This document shows positions 51,348-61,685 of a stretch of DNA of 64,000 nt, piece by piece. The position numbers and the translations under genes are program-made. The notes below the pieces were generated by a model. The model searched no databases. It was not told the DNA's origin and saw only the letters and a list, made by a program, of their open reading frames with translations. Source of the DNA: Escherichia phage vB_EcoM_Ozark. The DNA is taken from sequence record NC_054927.1. The stretch is one strand, 5' to 3'. Each line of letters begins with the position of its first letter. The stretch's first letter is position 1.

Positions 51348-53116
51348 AAAAGCCACAAGAAATGCAAACAATGCGTAGAAAAGTTATTTCAGATAATAAA
51401 CCAACACAGGAAGCGGCTAAATCCGCTTCCAACACTTTATCTGGACTTAACGATATATCTACGAAATTGGATGATGCTCAAGCTGCTTCTGAGTTAATTG
51501 CTCAAACTGTCGAAGAAAAATCGAATGAAATAATTGGAGCAATTGACAACGTAGAAAACGCAGTGAGTGATACTACTGCTGGTTCTGAGTTAATTGCTGA
51601 AACTGTCGAAATTGGCAATAATATTAATAAAGAAATCGGTGAATCACTCGGGAGCAAATTAGATAAATTAACGAGTTTACTAGAGCAAAAAATTCAGACA
51701 GCCGGAATTCAACAAACAGGAACTAGTTTAGCCACGGTTGAAAGCGCTATTCCTGTTAAAGTTGTTGAGGATGATACAGCTGAATCTGTGGGTCCTTTAT
51801 TACCAGCTCCTGAAGCAGTTAATAATGATCCTGACGCTGATTTTTTCCCTGCCCCTCAGCCAGTTGAACCCAAACAAGAATCACCAGAAGAAAAACAGAA
51901 AAAAGAAGCATTTAACTTAAAATTATCTCAAGCTTTAGATAAATTAACAAAGACAGTTGATTTTGGATTTAAGAAATCCATTTCAATTACTGATAAAATA
52001 TCAAGCATGCTATTTAAGTACACCGTTAGTGCTGCTATTGAAGCTGCTAAAATGACTGCAATGATATTGGCTGTTGTTGTTGGAATAGACCTTTTGATGG
52101 TTCACTTTAAATACTGGTCAGGTAAATTTTCACAAGCCTGGGACTTGTTTAGTGCAAACTTTACTAAATTCTCTAGCGAAACCGGAACATGGGGTCCTTT
52201 ATTACAGAGCATCTTTGGTTCTATTGATAAAATTCAACAATTTTGGGAAAAGGGAGATTGGGGCGGATTGACGGCAGCTATCATAGAAGGACTCGGAAGT
52301 GTTCTTTTTAATTTAGGAGAGCTTATTCAATTAGGCATGGCTAAATTATCTGCTGCAATTCTTCGAGTCATTCCTGGCATGAAAGACACTGCTGATGAAG
52401 TAGAAGGAAGAGCACTGGAAAATTTCCAAAATACTACTGGAGCATCTCTCAATAAAGAAGACCAGGAAAAAGTTGCAAATTATCAGTACAAAAGAATGAA
52501 TGGAGACCTTGGTCCAATAGCAAAAGGATTAGACAAAATTGCGAACTGGAAAACTCGTGCATCTAACTGGATTCGTGGTGTAGATAATAAAGAAGCACTA
52601 ACATCTGATGAAGAGAGAGCAGAGGAAGAAGAAAAATTAAAGCAGCTTTCTCCAGAGGAAGCTAAAATTGCTTTAATGAAAGCTAATGAAGCTCGTGCTG
52701 CTATGAATCGTTTTGAAAAATATGCTGATTCAGCTGATATGAGTAAAGACTCAACGGTTAAATCTGTTGAATCTGCCTATGAAGACCTTAAAAAACGGAT
52801 GGATGACCCGGATTTAAACAATTCACCGGCAGTTAAAAAAGAACTTGCTGCTAGATTTTCTAAAATTGATGCTACTTATCAAGAGCTCAAGAAAAATCAG
52901 CCTAATGCCAAACCTGAAACTTCTGCTAAATCGCCAGAAGCGAAACAGGTCCAAGTTATTGAAAAGAACAAAGCACAGCAAGCTCCTGTTCAGCAAGCAT
53001 CTCCTTCAATCAATAATACTAATAATGTTATTAAGAAAAATACTGTCGTTCATAATATGACACCTGTCACAAGCACAACTGCTCCTGGTGTATTTGATGC
53101 GACTGGAGTTAATTAA
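51344..53116 (+). CDS. 29: tail tape measure protein gp29
   Basis: 590 aa, Ala/Lys/Glu-rich helical protein; ATGA overlap with gene 28. Confidence 0.85.
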   Translation: MKKPQEMQTMRRKVISDNKPTQEAAKSASNTLSGLNDISTKLDDAQAASELIAQTVEEKSNEIIGAIDNVENAVSDTTAGSELIAETVEIGNNINKEIGESLGSKLDKLTSLLEQKIQTAGIQQTGTSLATVESAIPVKVVEDDTAESVGPLLPAPEAVNNDPDADFFPAPQPVEPKQESPEEKQKKEAFNLKLSQALDKLTKTVDFGFKKSISITDKISSMLFKYTVSAAIEAAKMTAMILAVVVGIDLLMVHFKYWSGKFSQAWDLFSANFTKFSSETGTWGPLLQSIFGSIDKIQQFWEKGDWGGLTAAIIEGLGSVLFNLGELIQLGMAKLSAAILRVIPGMKDTADEVEGRALENFQNTTGASLNKEDQEKVANYQYKRMNGDLGPIAKGLDKIANWKTRASNWIRGVDNKEALTSDEERAEEEEKLKQLSPEEAKIALMKANEARAAMNRFEKYADSADMSKDSTVKSVESAYEDLKKRMDDPDLNNSPAVKKELAARFSKIDATYQELKKNQPNAKPETSAKSPEAKQVQVIEKNKAQQAPVQQASPSINNTNNVIKKNTVVHNMTPVTSTTAPGVFDATGVN

Positions 53117-53124
53117 GGAATAAT

Positions 53125-54219
53125 ATGGCAATTGTTAAAGAAATAACTACTGATTTAATTAAAAAGTCCGGTGAGAAAATTTCAGCCGGACAGAGCACTA
53201 AATCAGAAGTAGTAACTAAAACATACACTGCCCAGTTTCCAACTGGGCGTGCTAGTGGTAATGACACTACAGGGGACTTCCAGGTAACAGATCTATATAA
53301 GAATGGATTATTATTTACTGCATACAATATGTCATCTAGGGATTCTGGAAGTCTTAGATCGATGAGATCTAACTACTCTTCTTCATCTTCGAGTATTTTA
53401 AGTACAGCTAGAAACACTATTAGTAGTACAGTATCAAAACTATCAAATGGATTAATATCAAATAATAATTCAGGAACAATAAGTAAAGCTCCTGTCGCAA
53501 ACATTCTTTTACCGAGATCTAAATCTGATGTTGACACATCATCACATAGATTTAATGATGTTCAAGAAAGCCTTATTAGTAGAGGCGGAGGTACTGCTAC
53601 TGGTGTGCTAAGTAATATTGCTTCAACCGCAGTATTTGGGGCACTGGAAAGTATAACACAAGGTATAATGGCTGATAATAATGAGCAGATTTATACGACA
53701 GCCAGAAGTATGTACGGTGGCGCTGAAAATAGAACTAAAGTGTTTACATGGGATTTGACTCCACGTTCAACAGAAGATTTAATGGCTATTATTAATATCT
53801 ATCAGTATTTTAACTATTTTTCTTATGGTGAAACAGGTAAATCTCAATATGCTGCTGAAATAAAGGGGTATTTAGATGATTGGTATCGTTCTACGTTAAT
53901 TGAACCTTTATCTCCGGAAGACGCAGCTAAAAATAAAACACTATTTGAGAAAATGACAGCAAGTTTAACTAACGTTCTAGTGGTTTCAAACCCGACAATT
54001 TGGATGGTGAAAAACTTTGGTGCAACATCTAAGTTTGATGGAAAAACGGAAATATTTGGCCCATGCCAAATACAGAGCATTAGATTTGATAAAACACCTA
54101 ATGGTAACTTTAACGGATTAGCTATTGCTCCAAACCTCCCTAGTACATTTACTCTCGAGATTACTATGAGAGAAATTATCACGTTAAACCGTGCTTCTTT
54201 ATATGCGGGGACTTTTTAA
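53125..54219 (+). CDS. 48: baseplate tail-tube junction protein gp48
   Basis: 364 aa; length and synteny. Confidence 0.85.
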   Translation: MAIVKEITTDLIKKSGEKISAGQSTKSEVVTKTYTAQFPTGRASGNDTTGDFQVTDLYKNGLLFTAYNMSSRDSGSLRSMRSNYSSSSSSILSTARNTISSTVSKLSNGLISNNNSGTISKAPVANILLPRSKSDVDTSSHRFNDVQESLISRGGGTATGVLSNIASTAVFGALESITQGIMADNNEQIYTTARSMYGGAENRTKVFTWDLTPRSTEDLMAIINIYQYFNYFSYGETGKSQYAAEIKGYLDDWYRSTLIEPLSPEDAAKNKTLFEKMTASLTNVLVVSNPTIWMVKNFGATSKFDGKTEIFGPCQIQSIRFDKTPNGNFNGLAIAPNLPSTFTLEITMREIITLNRASLYAGTF

Positions 54220-55184
54220 TGTATTCTTTAGAGGAATTTAATAATCAAGCAATAAACGCAGATTTCCAACGTAATAATATGTTTAGCTGCGTTTTTGCAA
54301 CAACTCCATCAACTAAAAGCTCTTCGTTGATAAGTTCAATTAGCAACTTTTCTTATAATAACTTGGGCCTAAATTCAGATTGGTTAGGATTAACTCAAGG
54401 CGATATTAATCAGGGAATTACTACGCTAATTACAGCTGGCACACAAAAACTGATAAGAAAATCAGGGGTTAGTAAATATCTTATTGGTGCCATGAGTCAA
54501 CGTACAGTTCAAAGTTTATTAGGCTCGTTTACAGTTGGTACATATTTAATTGACTTCTTTAACATGGCATATAACTCATCTGGATTGATGATATATTCTG
54601 TAAAAATGCCAGAGAATAGATTATCCTATGAAACTGACTGGAACTATAATTCTCCTAATATTCGTATAACTGGGAGAGAATTAGATCCTTTGGTTATTTC
54701 ATTTAGAATGGATTCAGAAGCTTGTAACTATCGTGCAATGCAAGACTGGGTTAACTCTGTTCAAGACCCAGTAACTGGATTACGTGCTTTGCCACAAGAT
54801 GTCGAGGCAGATATTCAGGTTAATCTTCATGCTCGTAATGGATTACCTCATACTGCGGTGATGTTCACCGGATGCATTCCAATATCAGTGAGCGCTCCTG
54901 AGTTATCATATGATGGAGATAACCAAATAACTACATTTGACGTTACTTTTGCGTATAGAGTGATGCAGGCTGGAGCAGTTGATAGACAAGCTGCGCTTGA
55001 ATGGCTTGAATCTGCTGCTATAAATGGTATTCAAAGCGTTCTCGGAAATAGTGGAGGTGTTACTGGACTATCTAATTCGCTTTCACGGCTTAGTAGATTA
55101 GGAGGGACTGCAGGAAGCATTTCAAACATTAATACTATGACAGGGATTGTCAATTCGCAGAGTAAAATATTAGGAGCAATATAA
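54219..55184 (+). CDS. 54: baseplate tail-tube initiator gp54
   Basis: 321 aa; length and synteny. Confidence 0.85.
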   Translation: MYSLEEFNNQAINADFQRNNMFSCVFATTPSTKSSSLISSISNFSYNNLGLNSDWLGLTQGDINQGITTLITAGTQKLIRKSGVSKYLIGAMSQRTVQSLLGSFTVGTYLIDFFNMAYNSSGLMIYSVKMPENRLSYETDWNYNSPNIRITGRELDPLVISFRMDSEACNYRAMQDWVNSVQDPVTGLRALPQDVEADIQVNLHARNGLPHTAVMFTGCIPISVSAPELSYDGDNQITTFDVTFAYRVMQAGAVDRQAALEWLESAAINGIQSVLGNSGGVTGLSNSLSRLSRLGGTAGSISNINTMTGIVNSQSKILGAI

Positions 55185-55187
55185 CAA

Positions 55188-55212
55188 TGGGGACCGAAAG
55201 GTCCCCATATTT
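55188..55212. terminator. bidirectional terminator between convergent 54 and the alt-proximal genes
   Basis: GGGGACC-GAAA-GGTCCCC hairpin followed by TATTTTTATTT. Confidence 0.6.
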
Positions 55213-55503
55213 TTATTTACGGAATGAAATAAAAGCAGCAACTGAAGCAACTAAACTGTCTTCAATATAAACTTCAATTTTTACCGGAGCTTCTGACTCA
55301 AATTTACCTGTTACTACACCCTGAAAAATACTTTCAGTCTGTTCTGGCTTTGAAAAATTTTCAGAAGGAAAAATTCCGAACTTTTTATCTGTTCCAAAAA
55401 TTTTAATAAATTCATCGTAAACTGCTTCATTAAAAGCATTATCAGCAGGAATAACGCCTTCAACTACAAGTTCTTGACCTAAAAAGCGCAAAGAAGATTT
55501 CAT
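55213..55503 (-). CDS. hypothetical protein
   Basis: 96 aa, ATG start; between gene 54 and the alt-like genes. Confidence 0.5.
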   Translation of the reverse strand: MKSSLRFLGQELVVEGVIPADNAFNEAVYDEFIKIFGTDKKFGIFPSENFSKPEQTESIFQGVVTGKFESEAPVKIEVYIEDSLVASVAAFISFRK

Positions 55504-55563
55504 TTTGTGTTCCTCATGTTATGTCAGTAAGACTACTATAACACAACACGAGAGACTTGTAAA

Positions 55564-57621
55564 CTACATTTTGAACTTTTTAGACATTCCGTTAATGTTA
55601 ACCAAAGAAGCTAAGATTTGAGAAACTTCGTTTTCCTCTTCTTTTGATTCTTCTACAAGGAATTGATTAAATCCAGTCATTGGACGAACTTCACCAGTTT
55701 CCATTAGATGGTCGCCATCATATACTGATTCCTCTAATTGTTCAGAAGGAGGAACGATTGTACCTTCTATTAGATACTTGTTATAAGCAGTTTCTTTCAT
55801 AAAGTACGTACTTACTTTATTAATCTTCAGTAAAATTCCGCGCGGTAGAATAACTTCAGCTTCTGATGGAAATCCTGATAAATGACCTGGAACGATAACT
55901 TTGATTCGCTCAGCTCCTTTAATTACCATACCCACGCTAGTTTCAGCATCTTCATTAGCATATGTAGAATGACTACCCATATGCATCAAATCTTCTGCAT
56001 CAACGGAACCTTCTCCTTCACCAGAAAATACTGCACCGGAATCATCTAGAGCCATATAGTTTTTACCATGCTCACCGAAGATATTTGGTTTAAGCGATGT
56101 GGATACGAAGTTCTTGAAATAGAACATTTTATTTTCAATGTTATGACGCAAAGTTTTAAAGGTAACTTCTTGTCCACGGTAAAGTGTAGTTCCTGGAGGA
56201 AGAACTGATCCTTTGGCAAAGGCAGAATCCAACGTCTCGATGTGCTTAATAGCTCGTTCCATGTATTCTTCACGGGTAGAATCTGGTTTACCCAAAAGGA
56301 ACGAGTTCATTTCAACATATGAATCTGCACAATAATCTTCAATTACATCAGATTCAGCTTGGGTTAGTCCTTTTGGAGTTACTTCGGTGCTTGCGTATTC
56401 ATATGCCTGAGCAGCAGATTCATTAATCAATTTATAAATGCCATTCATTACAAATTGAATAATAGCTGTCTTTTCATCTGGCGTAGCTTTAGAACCTTTA
56501 ACTAAATCATTAATAATTTTCTTAATAACATCAAAGCTATTAGAAATATTAATGTCAGCAAGATCGCTTAAAATTTTATCAGTTTTATAATCAAAGAATT
56601 CTTTATTCTTTAAATATTCTTGAGAACCTTGATATGTTATATCGCTCTGCAACTTGATGGATGGATCACGTAAACGTGCATGGGCTAATGCAATGTGATT
56701 TCGGAAGTTTTCTAGTTCATAATCGCTAGATTTAAAACGAGAAGCACTCCTCATGCCACCGATAGCTCCTTTGCTGAAGTTTGAACCAATCTGAATAACG
56801 CCAGAGTTCATTGGTCCTTCTGCTTTATATACCGGAACTTTAGATTCAAACTCTTGATATTTCTTAGCAGCGAAGCTATCACCCTGAAGTGAAGCATCAA
56901 CAGTAGAATATTGAGCTTGTGCTGCTAATCGACGACTAATTTTAGTTTTCTGAATAACAGCTTGGTCCGTGCGCTTATCATTTTCTAAAGCAATAGAAGC
57001 AGCAACAGCAACAGCTTTAGGAACAGCATTACCTGTTTTAATGTCTACATAAACATCACCAACCTTCGATTCAACTTTTGTGAATAACTCAGTTGAAATA
57101 GGAGGTACACCTGGAATGTCTTCTAAATTGGCATTTTTACGGTAAACCATAATATATGCATATTTCTTATCATAGTCCCAGATTTCCTTTAAAAGAACAT
57201 ATCGACCTGCTCCTTTAGTACGTACTAAACGGTCAGCAATAACTTGCATTTGACGAGCTGCGCCATTTGTTTTACTTTTTAGTACGCGGAATAGGCATGC
57301 GTCGATTTTATACTGTTTCATTGTTTGAAGAGCAGTATCAAAAACAGCATTAATGACGCCAATTGGATTTCCACCCAAGTTTCTAAGCTTAACCAGTGAT
57401 AATTTCTCGTTGACACCTATCATTACGATATGCATCATTTTATCGCCTGGCTTAACGTTTTTATTTGTATCACCGCCAGAGGTGTATGTACAAAATCTAA
57501 ATCCAGGAAGCACACTTTCTTCACCAGCTTGAATAGCAAAAATTTGTGGTATTTTATGCTTAGGATTTAAGTTAACAACCGGCGCCGAAGCGCCGTCAAA
57601 TAATTCTGTAATAAGTTCCAT
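55564..57621 (-). CDS. Alt-like ADP-ribosyltransferase, diverged paralog
   Basis: 685 aa; N-terminal MELITELFDG... leader; C-terminal ART motifs (LYRGQ, FVSTSL, SEAEVILPRG); RBS AGGA. Confidence 0.8.
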   Translation of the reverse strand: MELITELFDGASAPVVNLNPKHKIPQIFAIQAGEESVLPGFRFCTYTSGGDTNKNVKPGDKMMHIVMIGVNEKLSLVKLRNLGGNPIGVINAVFDTALQTMKQYKIDACLFRVLKSKTNGAARQMQVIADRLVRTKGAGRYVLLKEIWDYDKKYAYIMVYRKNANLEDIPGVPPISTELFTKVESKVGDVYVDIKTGNAVPKAVAVAASIALENDKRTDQAVIQKTKISRRLAAQAQYSTVDASLQGDSFAAKKYQEFESKVPVYKAEGPMNSGVIQIGSNFSKGAIGGMRSASRFKSSDYELENFRNHIALAHARLRDPSIKLQSDITYQGSQEYLKNKEFFDYKTDKILSDLADINISNSFDVIKKIINDLVKGSKATPDEKTAIIQFVMNGIYKLINESAAQAYEYASTEVTPKGLTQAESDVIEDYCADSYVEMNSFLLGKPDSTREEYMERAIKHIETLDSAFAKGSVLPPGTTLYRGQEVTFKTLRHNIENKMFYFKNFVSTSLKPNIFGEHGKNYMALDDSGAVFSGEGEGSVDAEDLMHMGSHSTYANEDAETSVGMVIKGAERIKVIVPGHLSGFPSEAEVILPRGILLKINKVSTYFMKETAYNKYLIEGTIVPPSEQLEESVYDGDHLMETGEVRPMTGFNQFLVEESKEEENEVSQILASLVNINGMSKKFKM

Positions 57622-57624
57622 GAT

Positions 57625-59721
57625 TTATCCTTGAACGAACTTGTAAGGCATGTTTGTAATATCTATGCAAGACGCAATAATTCCAAGAGATGATTCTACT
57701 TTCTGTTTAACATTTGATGAAACAAATGATGCAAAGTCAACTCTATCTTCTATTTCAATACCACCAGTCATTGCAACTACTTCGCCGGTTTCCATTAAAC
57801 GGTCTCCGTCATAGATTACCGATTCGGTGAGTTCTTCTGTGGTCATAACTTCAGCTTGAATGAGTTTTGTATTATTAGACGTGGTTCCGTCATTATTAGA
57901 AGCATCAGTTATTTTATTAACTTTAACCATCAATCCGCGCGGTAGAATAACTTCAGCTTCTGTTGCTATTCCGAGACTTCCTGGATATACAACATTAACT
58001 TTATGAGCTCCATCAATTGCCCATCCTATTTGAACTTTAACGTATTCAGGATTTTCTTTATACGCTCTTATTTCGTTTGGATTAATAGTTATTCCTTCTT
58101 CATTTTTATCAACCGTTAATTCGTTACGAGCTTCTGGTTCTAAAAGACCAATACCAGCATGTGTAATTCCAAAACGCCCAAAAATGATAGGAGTTAAAGA
58201 AGTAGATACAAAATTTCTGAAATAGAACACTTTATTTTTAACTAGCGCTTCGTATATAGGAGCAGTCATACTTTGAGCACGATAAACTGTAATGCCTTCC
58301 GGTATGCGGTCACCATTTTCAAAAGCTGAATCTAAATTATTTATAGCAGATTCAATTTCTTTTTCACTCATTACATCATATCGTTCTGGATTGTAACGAC
58401 CTAAAAGAAGATTATTGATGTCAGTATATCCTGAACCACAATACTCTCTAATGCCGCGCTTTTGTGATGGAGTATATTTAGAACCATCACGGGCAATAGT
58501 AATATCAATCATTGGACCTGCACCAATTCCAGAAAAACTATAAATCATTCTTTTGAGGAATTTAGTTTTTGCTGCGTTCCAGGAATTTTTAGTCATTTCT
58601 TCCCAGACTTCATCTTGCTGCCCTTTACGAGTTTTATTATGTTTATCAAGCCAATTATCTTTATATTCTTCAAAGAATTTATTAATAGCTGCTGCGTATT
58701 TCTCTAAACATTTTATTGAAGTAGTTGGTTCATTTTTTATCGCGTTAAAAATTACATCTTTAATTTTTTCGGAAACTTCATTAACCTCACTTTTTGAAAA
58801 GAATTTATAGTCATAGTGAAGTTCATTCGCAGTTCCTTCGGCAATAATTTTTGCTGCCTTAGTTTTAGAAGCTAATGAATTAATTCCAAGCTTCATTTCT
58901 TCTGCTTCGGGAATTAAAGGAGCGGTAGCGGGTTTATTGAAATTAGCTGCGGTAGATTCATACTTCTGAAATAATTCACTTTCAAATCTAGAAGATTCCA
59001 ATGACTGACTTTGTGCAATTGCTCTACGGGAAATTTTAACTTTAACGATTACAGCTTGATCAGAACGTTTATCATTTTCTTGCGCAATAGATGCTGCAAT
59101 TGCCTCATTTTTAGTTACTTGAGCTCCAGTATCTTTATTGATATAAACATCACCGACCTTCGATTCAACTTTAGTAAAGAGCTCGGTACTAATTTCCGGA
59201 ACCCCTGGAATGTCTTCTAGTGATACATTTTTGCGATGTATAAGAATATATGCATACTTTTTATCGTAATCCCAGAGTTCCTTAAGAAGGACGTATCTGC
59301 CACCTGAACGACTACGGATAAGTCTATCAGCAATAACCTGAATTTGTCGAGCTTGACCAGCGGTTTTAGACTTAAGAATACGAAGCATACAGGCATCAAT
59401 TTTATACTGACGCATTGTTTGCATTGCAACAGTAAAAACTGAATTGATATAATTAATTGGGCTTGAACCAAGACCTTTCAATTTAGCAATTGAACCTTTA
59501 GCAGTTAATGTAAAAGGAACAATATGCATCATTTTATCGCCCATCTTTAAATCGCGATTAGTATCACCTCCAGATGTATAGGTACATAAACGAAAGCCTG
59601 GTTGTTCAATTGCGTCATCAACATGAACTGAAAAAATTTGTGGTATTTTCTTCTTTGGATTTAAGTTTGTAATCGGAAGAGTAGTATCTTCGTCAAATAA
59701 TTCTGTAATGAGTTCCATCAT
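57625..59721 (-). CDS. alt: Alt ADP-ribosyltransferase (capsid-packaged)
   Basis: 698 aa; MMELITELFDEDTTLPITNL... as I recall T4 Alt; ART motifs (VYRAQ, FVSTSL, TEAEVILPRG); RBS GAGGA. Confidence 0.85.
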   Translation of the reverse strand: MMELITELFDEDTTLPITNLNPKKKIPQIFSVHVDDAIEQPGFRLCTYTSGGDTNRDLKMGDKMMHIVPFTLTAKGSIAKLKGLGSSPINYINSVFTVAMQTMRQYKIDACMLRILKSKTAGQARQIQVIADRLIRSRSGGRYVLLKELWDYDKKYAYILIHRKNVSLEDIPGVPEISTELFTKVESKVGDVYINKDTGAQVTKNEAIAASIAQENDKRSDQAVIVKVKISRRAIAQSQSLESSRFESELFQKYESTAANFNKPATAPLIPEAEEMKLGINSLASKTKAAKIIAEGTANELHYDYKFFSKSEVNEVSEKIKDVIFNAIKNEPTTSIKCLEKYAAAINKFFEEYKDNWLDKHNKTRKGQQDEVWEEMTKNSWNAAKTKFLKRMIYSFSGIGAGPMIDITIARDGSKYTPSQKRGIREYCGSGYTDINNLLLGRYNPERYDVMSEKEIESAINNLDSAFENGDRIPEGITVYRAQSMTAPIYEALVKNKVFYFRNFVSTSLTPIIFGRFGITHAGIGLLEPEARNELTVDKNEEGITINPNEIRAYKENPEYVKVQIGWAIDGAHKVNVVYPGSLGIATEAEVILPRGLMVKVNKITDASNNDGTTSNNTKLIQAEVMTTEELTESVIYDGDRLMETGEVVAMTGGIEIEDRVDFASFVSSNVKQKVESSLGIIASCIDITNMPYKFVQG

Positions 59722-59747
59722 ATCCTCTCTAGTGTTTATTCTATTTA

Positions 59748-59768
59748 TAAAATTAAAGGCCCGAAGGC
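59748..59768 (-). terminator. terminator-like hairpin (minus strand)
   Basis: AAAGGCC-CGAA/TTCG-GGCCTTT hairpin in the gap between alt start and the upstream small ORF. Confidence 0.5.
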
Positions 59769-59770
59769 CT

Positions 59771-59959
59771 TTAATAATCTATTGGTAAGAGAGTACGATA
59801 TATTTCAAACTTTGGACCTTTTTCATAAGCATCAAAAGTTTCTGTGAATTTATTATAAGCATATGCATCTATAAATTCAATCATGATTTGTGATACAGAA
59901 GTAGAAACATCTCCACCTTCTTTTTGAGCCACGACAATTGTTTCTAAGTAAGCTTTCAT
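59771..59959 (-). CDS. hypothetical small protein
   Basis: 62 aa, ATG start overlapping the ligase stop. Confidence 0.45.
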   Translation of the reverse strand: MKAYLETIVVAQKEGGDVSTSVSQIMIEFIDAYAYNKFTETFDAYEKGPKFEIYRTLLPIDY

Positions 59960-61419
59960 AAACCAGTTACCTCATGAAAATCACCAAATACATCCTCGAA
60001 TGTATTAGCTTTAGTTTTATCTTCACGCAAACGAATCGCAATTGGAAGAAATAATTTAACGTAATCAGTGCGGCCATCGGATTTTAACCAACCGTTGCAT
60101 TCGCACTCTAGAATTTTTCCAATATAATAATTTTGGTTTTCCATAATGCGAGTACGGTCAAGTTCATGTGATTTTACGCCGGCTTTATCTTTTAAGCCTG
60201 AACCGGCATTTACCTTAATTTTTCCACACTCTGACTCAAGAATAAATCCACCTGCTTTAGTAGGGTCTTTACGGTGAGGATAAATTCCTACAATTTTTAA
60301 ATCAACATCAATTACTTCTTTAAATTTATAGAGATTTTTTGAACGAGCATTTTCCCATAATCCATCGATATTTTTGAGAATAATACCTTCAAGACCTTGG
60401 TCAATATACTTTTTATAAATTACCTTAGCTTCATCTAGGTTATTTACTACTTGGTTTTCAATTAAAATTACTTTATCATATCCTGATGTCATTTGTTCTA
60501 ATTTAGAAAAACGTACATCATATTTTAAACGAAATGCTGGAAGACCGTATATTTCTACCAACGGAACATAATCCCAGACCTGAAACTTCATGCATTGAGC
60601 TTCTTTTTCTGAAATAGTTCCCTTTAAAGATTTATTAGCGATTCCATTAGAAGTAGTACGTGATTCAGCTACTTCAGCAAACTCTTTAGCTTTACTAATT
60701 TCAGGATAAGCATCAAAAAGAAAATCTAGGCCTTCTGGCTCCTTTTTAACTTGCTCATGGTATACCAATTCGCCATCAATTAACACACCTTCTGGATGAA
60801 TCTGGCGGGCTTCAGCGGTCATTTTGATTAACTCTTCCTTAAGAAGATCTAATCCTAGATATTCATTACCAGCTCGTGATAAAAGACGGACATCATCTAA
60901 TTCATCGCCTCGGACTTCAGCAAAACACCTGGCTCCATCTGCTTTTAACTGTGCAAAGGCTGGAAATTTGATATTCTTACTAATGCCCTTTTCATCATAA
61001 GAACTTGCCAGCATTTGAGGTTGTTCAGGAATTAAACCTGGCCAAACTTTGTTTGCAATAGATACTGAAGCACCGCATTCAAGGTCTCGCATCATCACTC
61101 GACGCAAAACTTCAACATCATCCTTTTTACCATCGGTGATATATCCAGTCAATTCCTCAATTGCAGCATTTCCGGTCAATTTCCGAGTAGCTAACGTGAA
61201 TTCAATGAAGTCAAGCATATCGGTAATGGTCAGCATTCCAAAACTCTGGGTAGCAATACCAGGTTTAGGCCATTTCTTGATATAATACTGTAACCCACGA
61301 GAATAAGTTAGACGATATACTCGTTTAAGCAATTCATTATCTTTATTCTTTTCAAGAATTGCTTGCTTCTGCTTAGTTGATCCAATAGATGCTATTTCAT
61401 TCAGAATTTTAAGAATCAT
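59956..61419 (-). CDS. 30: ATP-dependent DNA ligase gp30
   Basis: 487 aa; adenylation motif LKADGAR (KxDG); length as T4 ligase. Confidence 0.95.
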   Translation of the reverse strand: MILKILNEIASIGSTKQKQAILEKNKDNELLKRVYRLTYSRGLQYYIKKWPKPGIATQSFGMLTITDMLDFIEFTLATRKLTGNAAIEELTGYITDGKKDDVEVLRRVMMRDLECGASVSIANKVWPGLIPEQPQMLASSYDEKGISKNIKFPAFAQLKADGARCFAEVRGDELDDVRLLSRAGNEYLGLDLLKEELIKMTAEARQIHPEGVLIDGELVYHEQVKKEPEGLDFLFDAYPEISKAKEFAEVAESRTTSNGIANKSLKGTISEKEAQCMKFQVWDYVPLVEIYGLPAFRLKYDVRFSKLEQMTSGYDKVILIENQVVNNLDEAKVIYKKYIDQGLEGIILKNIDGLWENARSKNLYKFKEVIDVDLKIVGIYPHRKDPTKAGGFILESECGKIKVNAGSGLKDKAGVKSHELDRTRIMENQNYYIGKILECECNGWLKSDGRTDYVKLFLPIAIRLREDKTKANTFEDVFGDFHEVTGL

Positions 61420-61685
61420 TGTTCATCCTTCAGAGTTTGATTTACAGCTCTATTATAAATCAATTCATCATTAAGCTCAGTCAAAGACCTATGATATGTA
61501 GTTCTAACTTTATTTCCTTGCATCCAGTGCTTGACGTAAATGAAACCTTGCTCTACACATTTTTTAAAAATTCGTTCGTCTTTTTGAGCTCGGAATTCTG
61601 GATTGCATCTAAAAAATTGATTTACGTGACCGTAATCACGTGTAGTATTACCTTCATTTTCATAAATAGTGTGAACGACAAACAT
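61416..61685 (-). CDS. hypothetical protein (30.1-like)
   Basis: 89 aa; ATGA-type overlaps with both neighbours. Confidence 0.5.
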   Translation of the reverse strand: MFVVHTIYENEGNTTRDYGHVNQFFRCNPEFRAQKDERIFKKCVEQGFIYVKHWMQGNKVRTTYHRSLTELNDELIYNRAVNQTLKDEQ

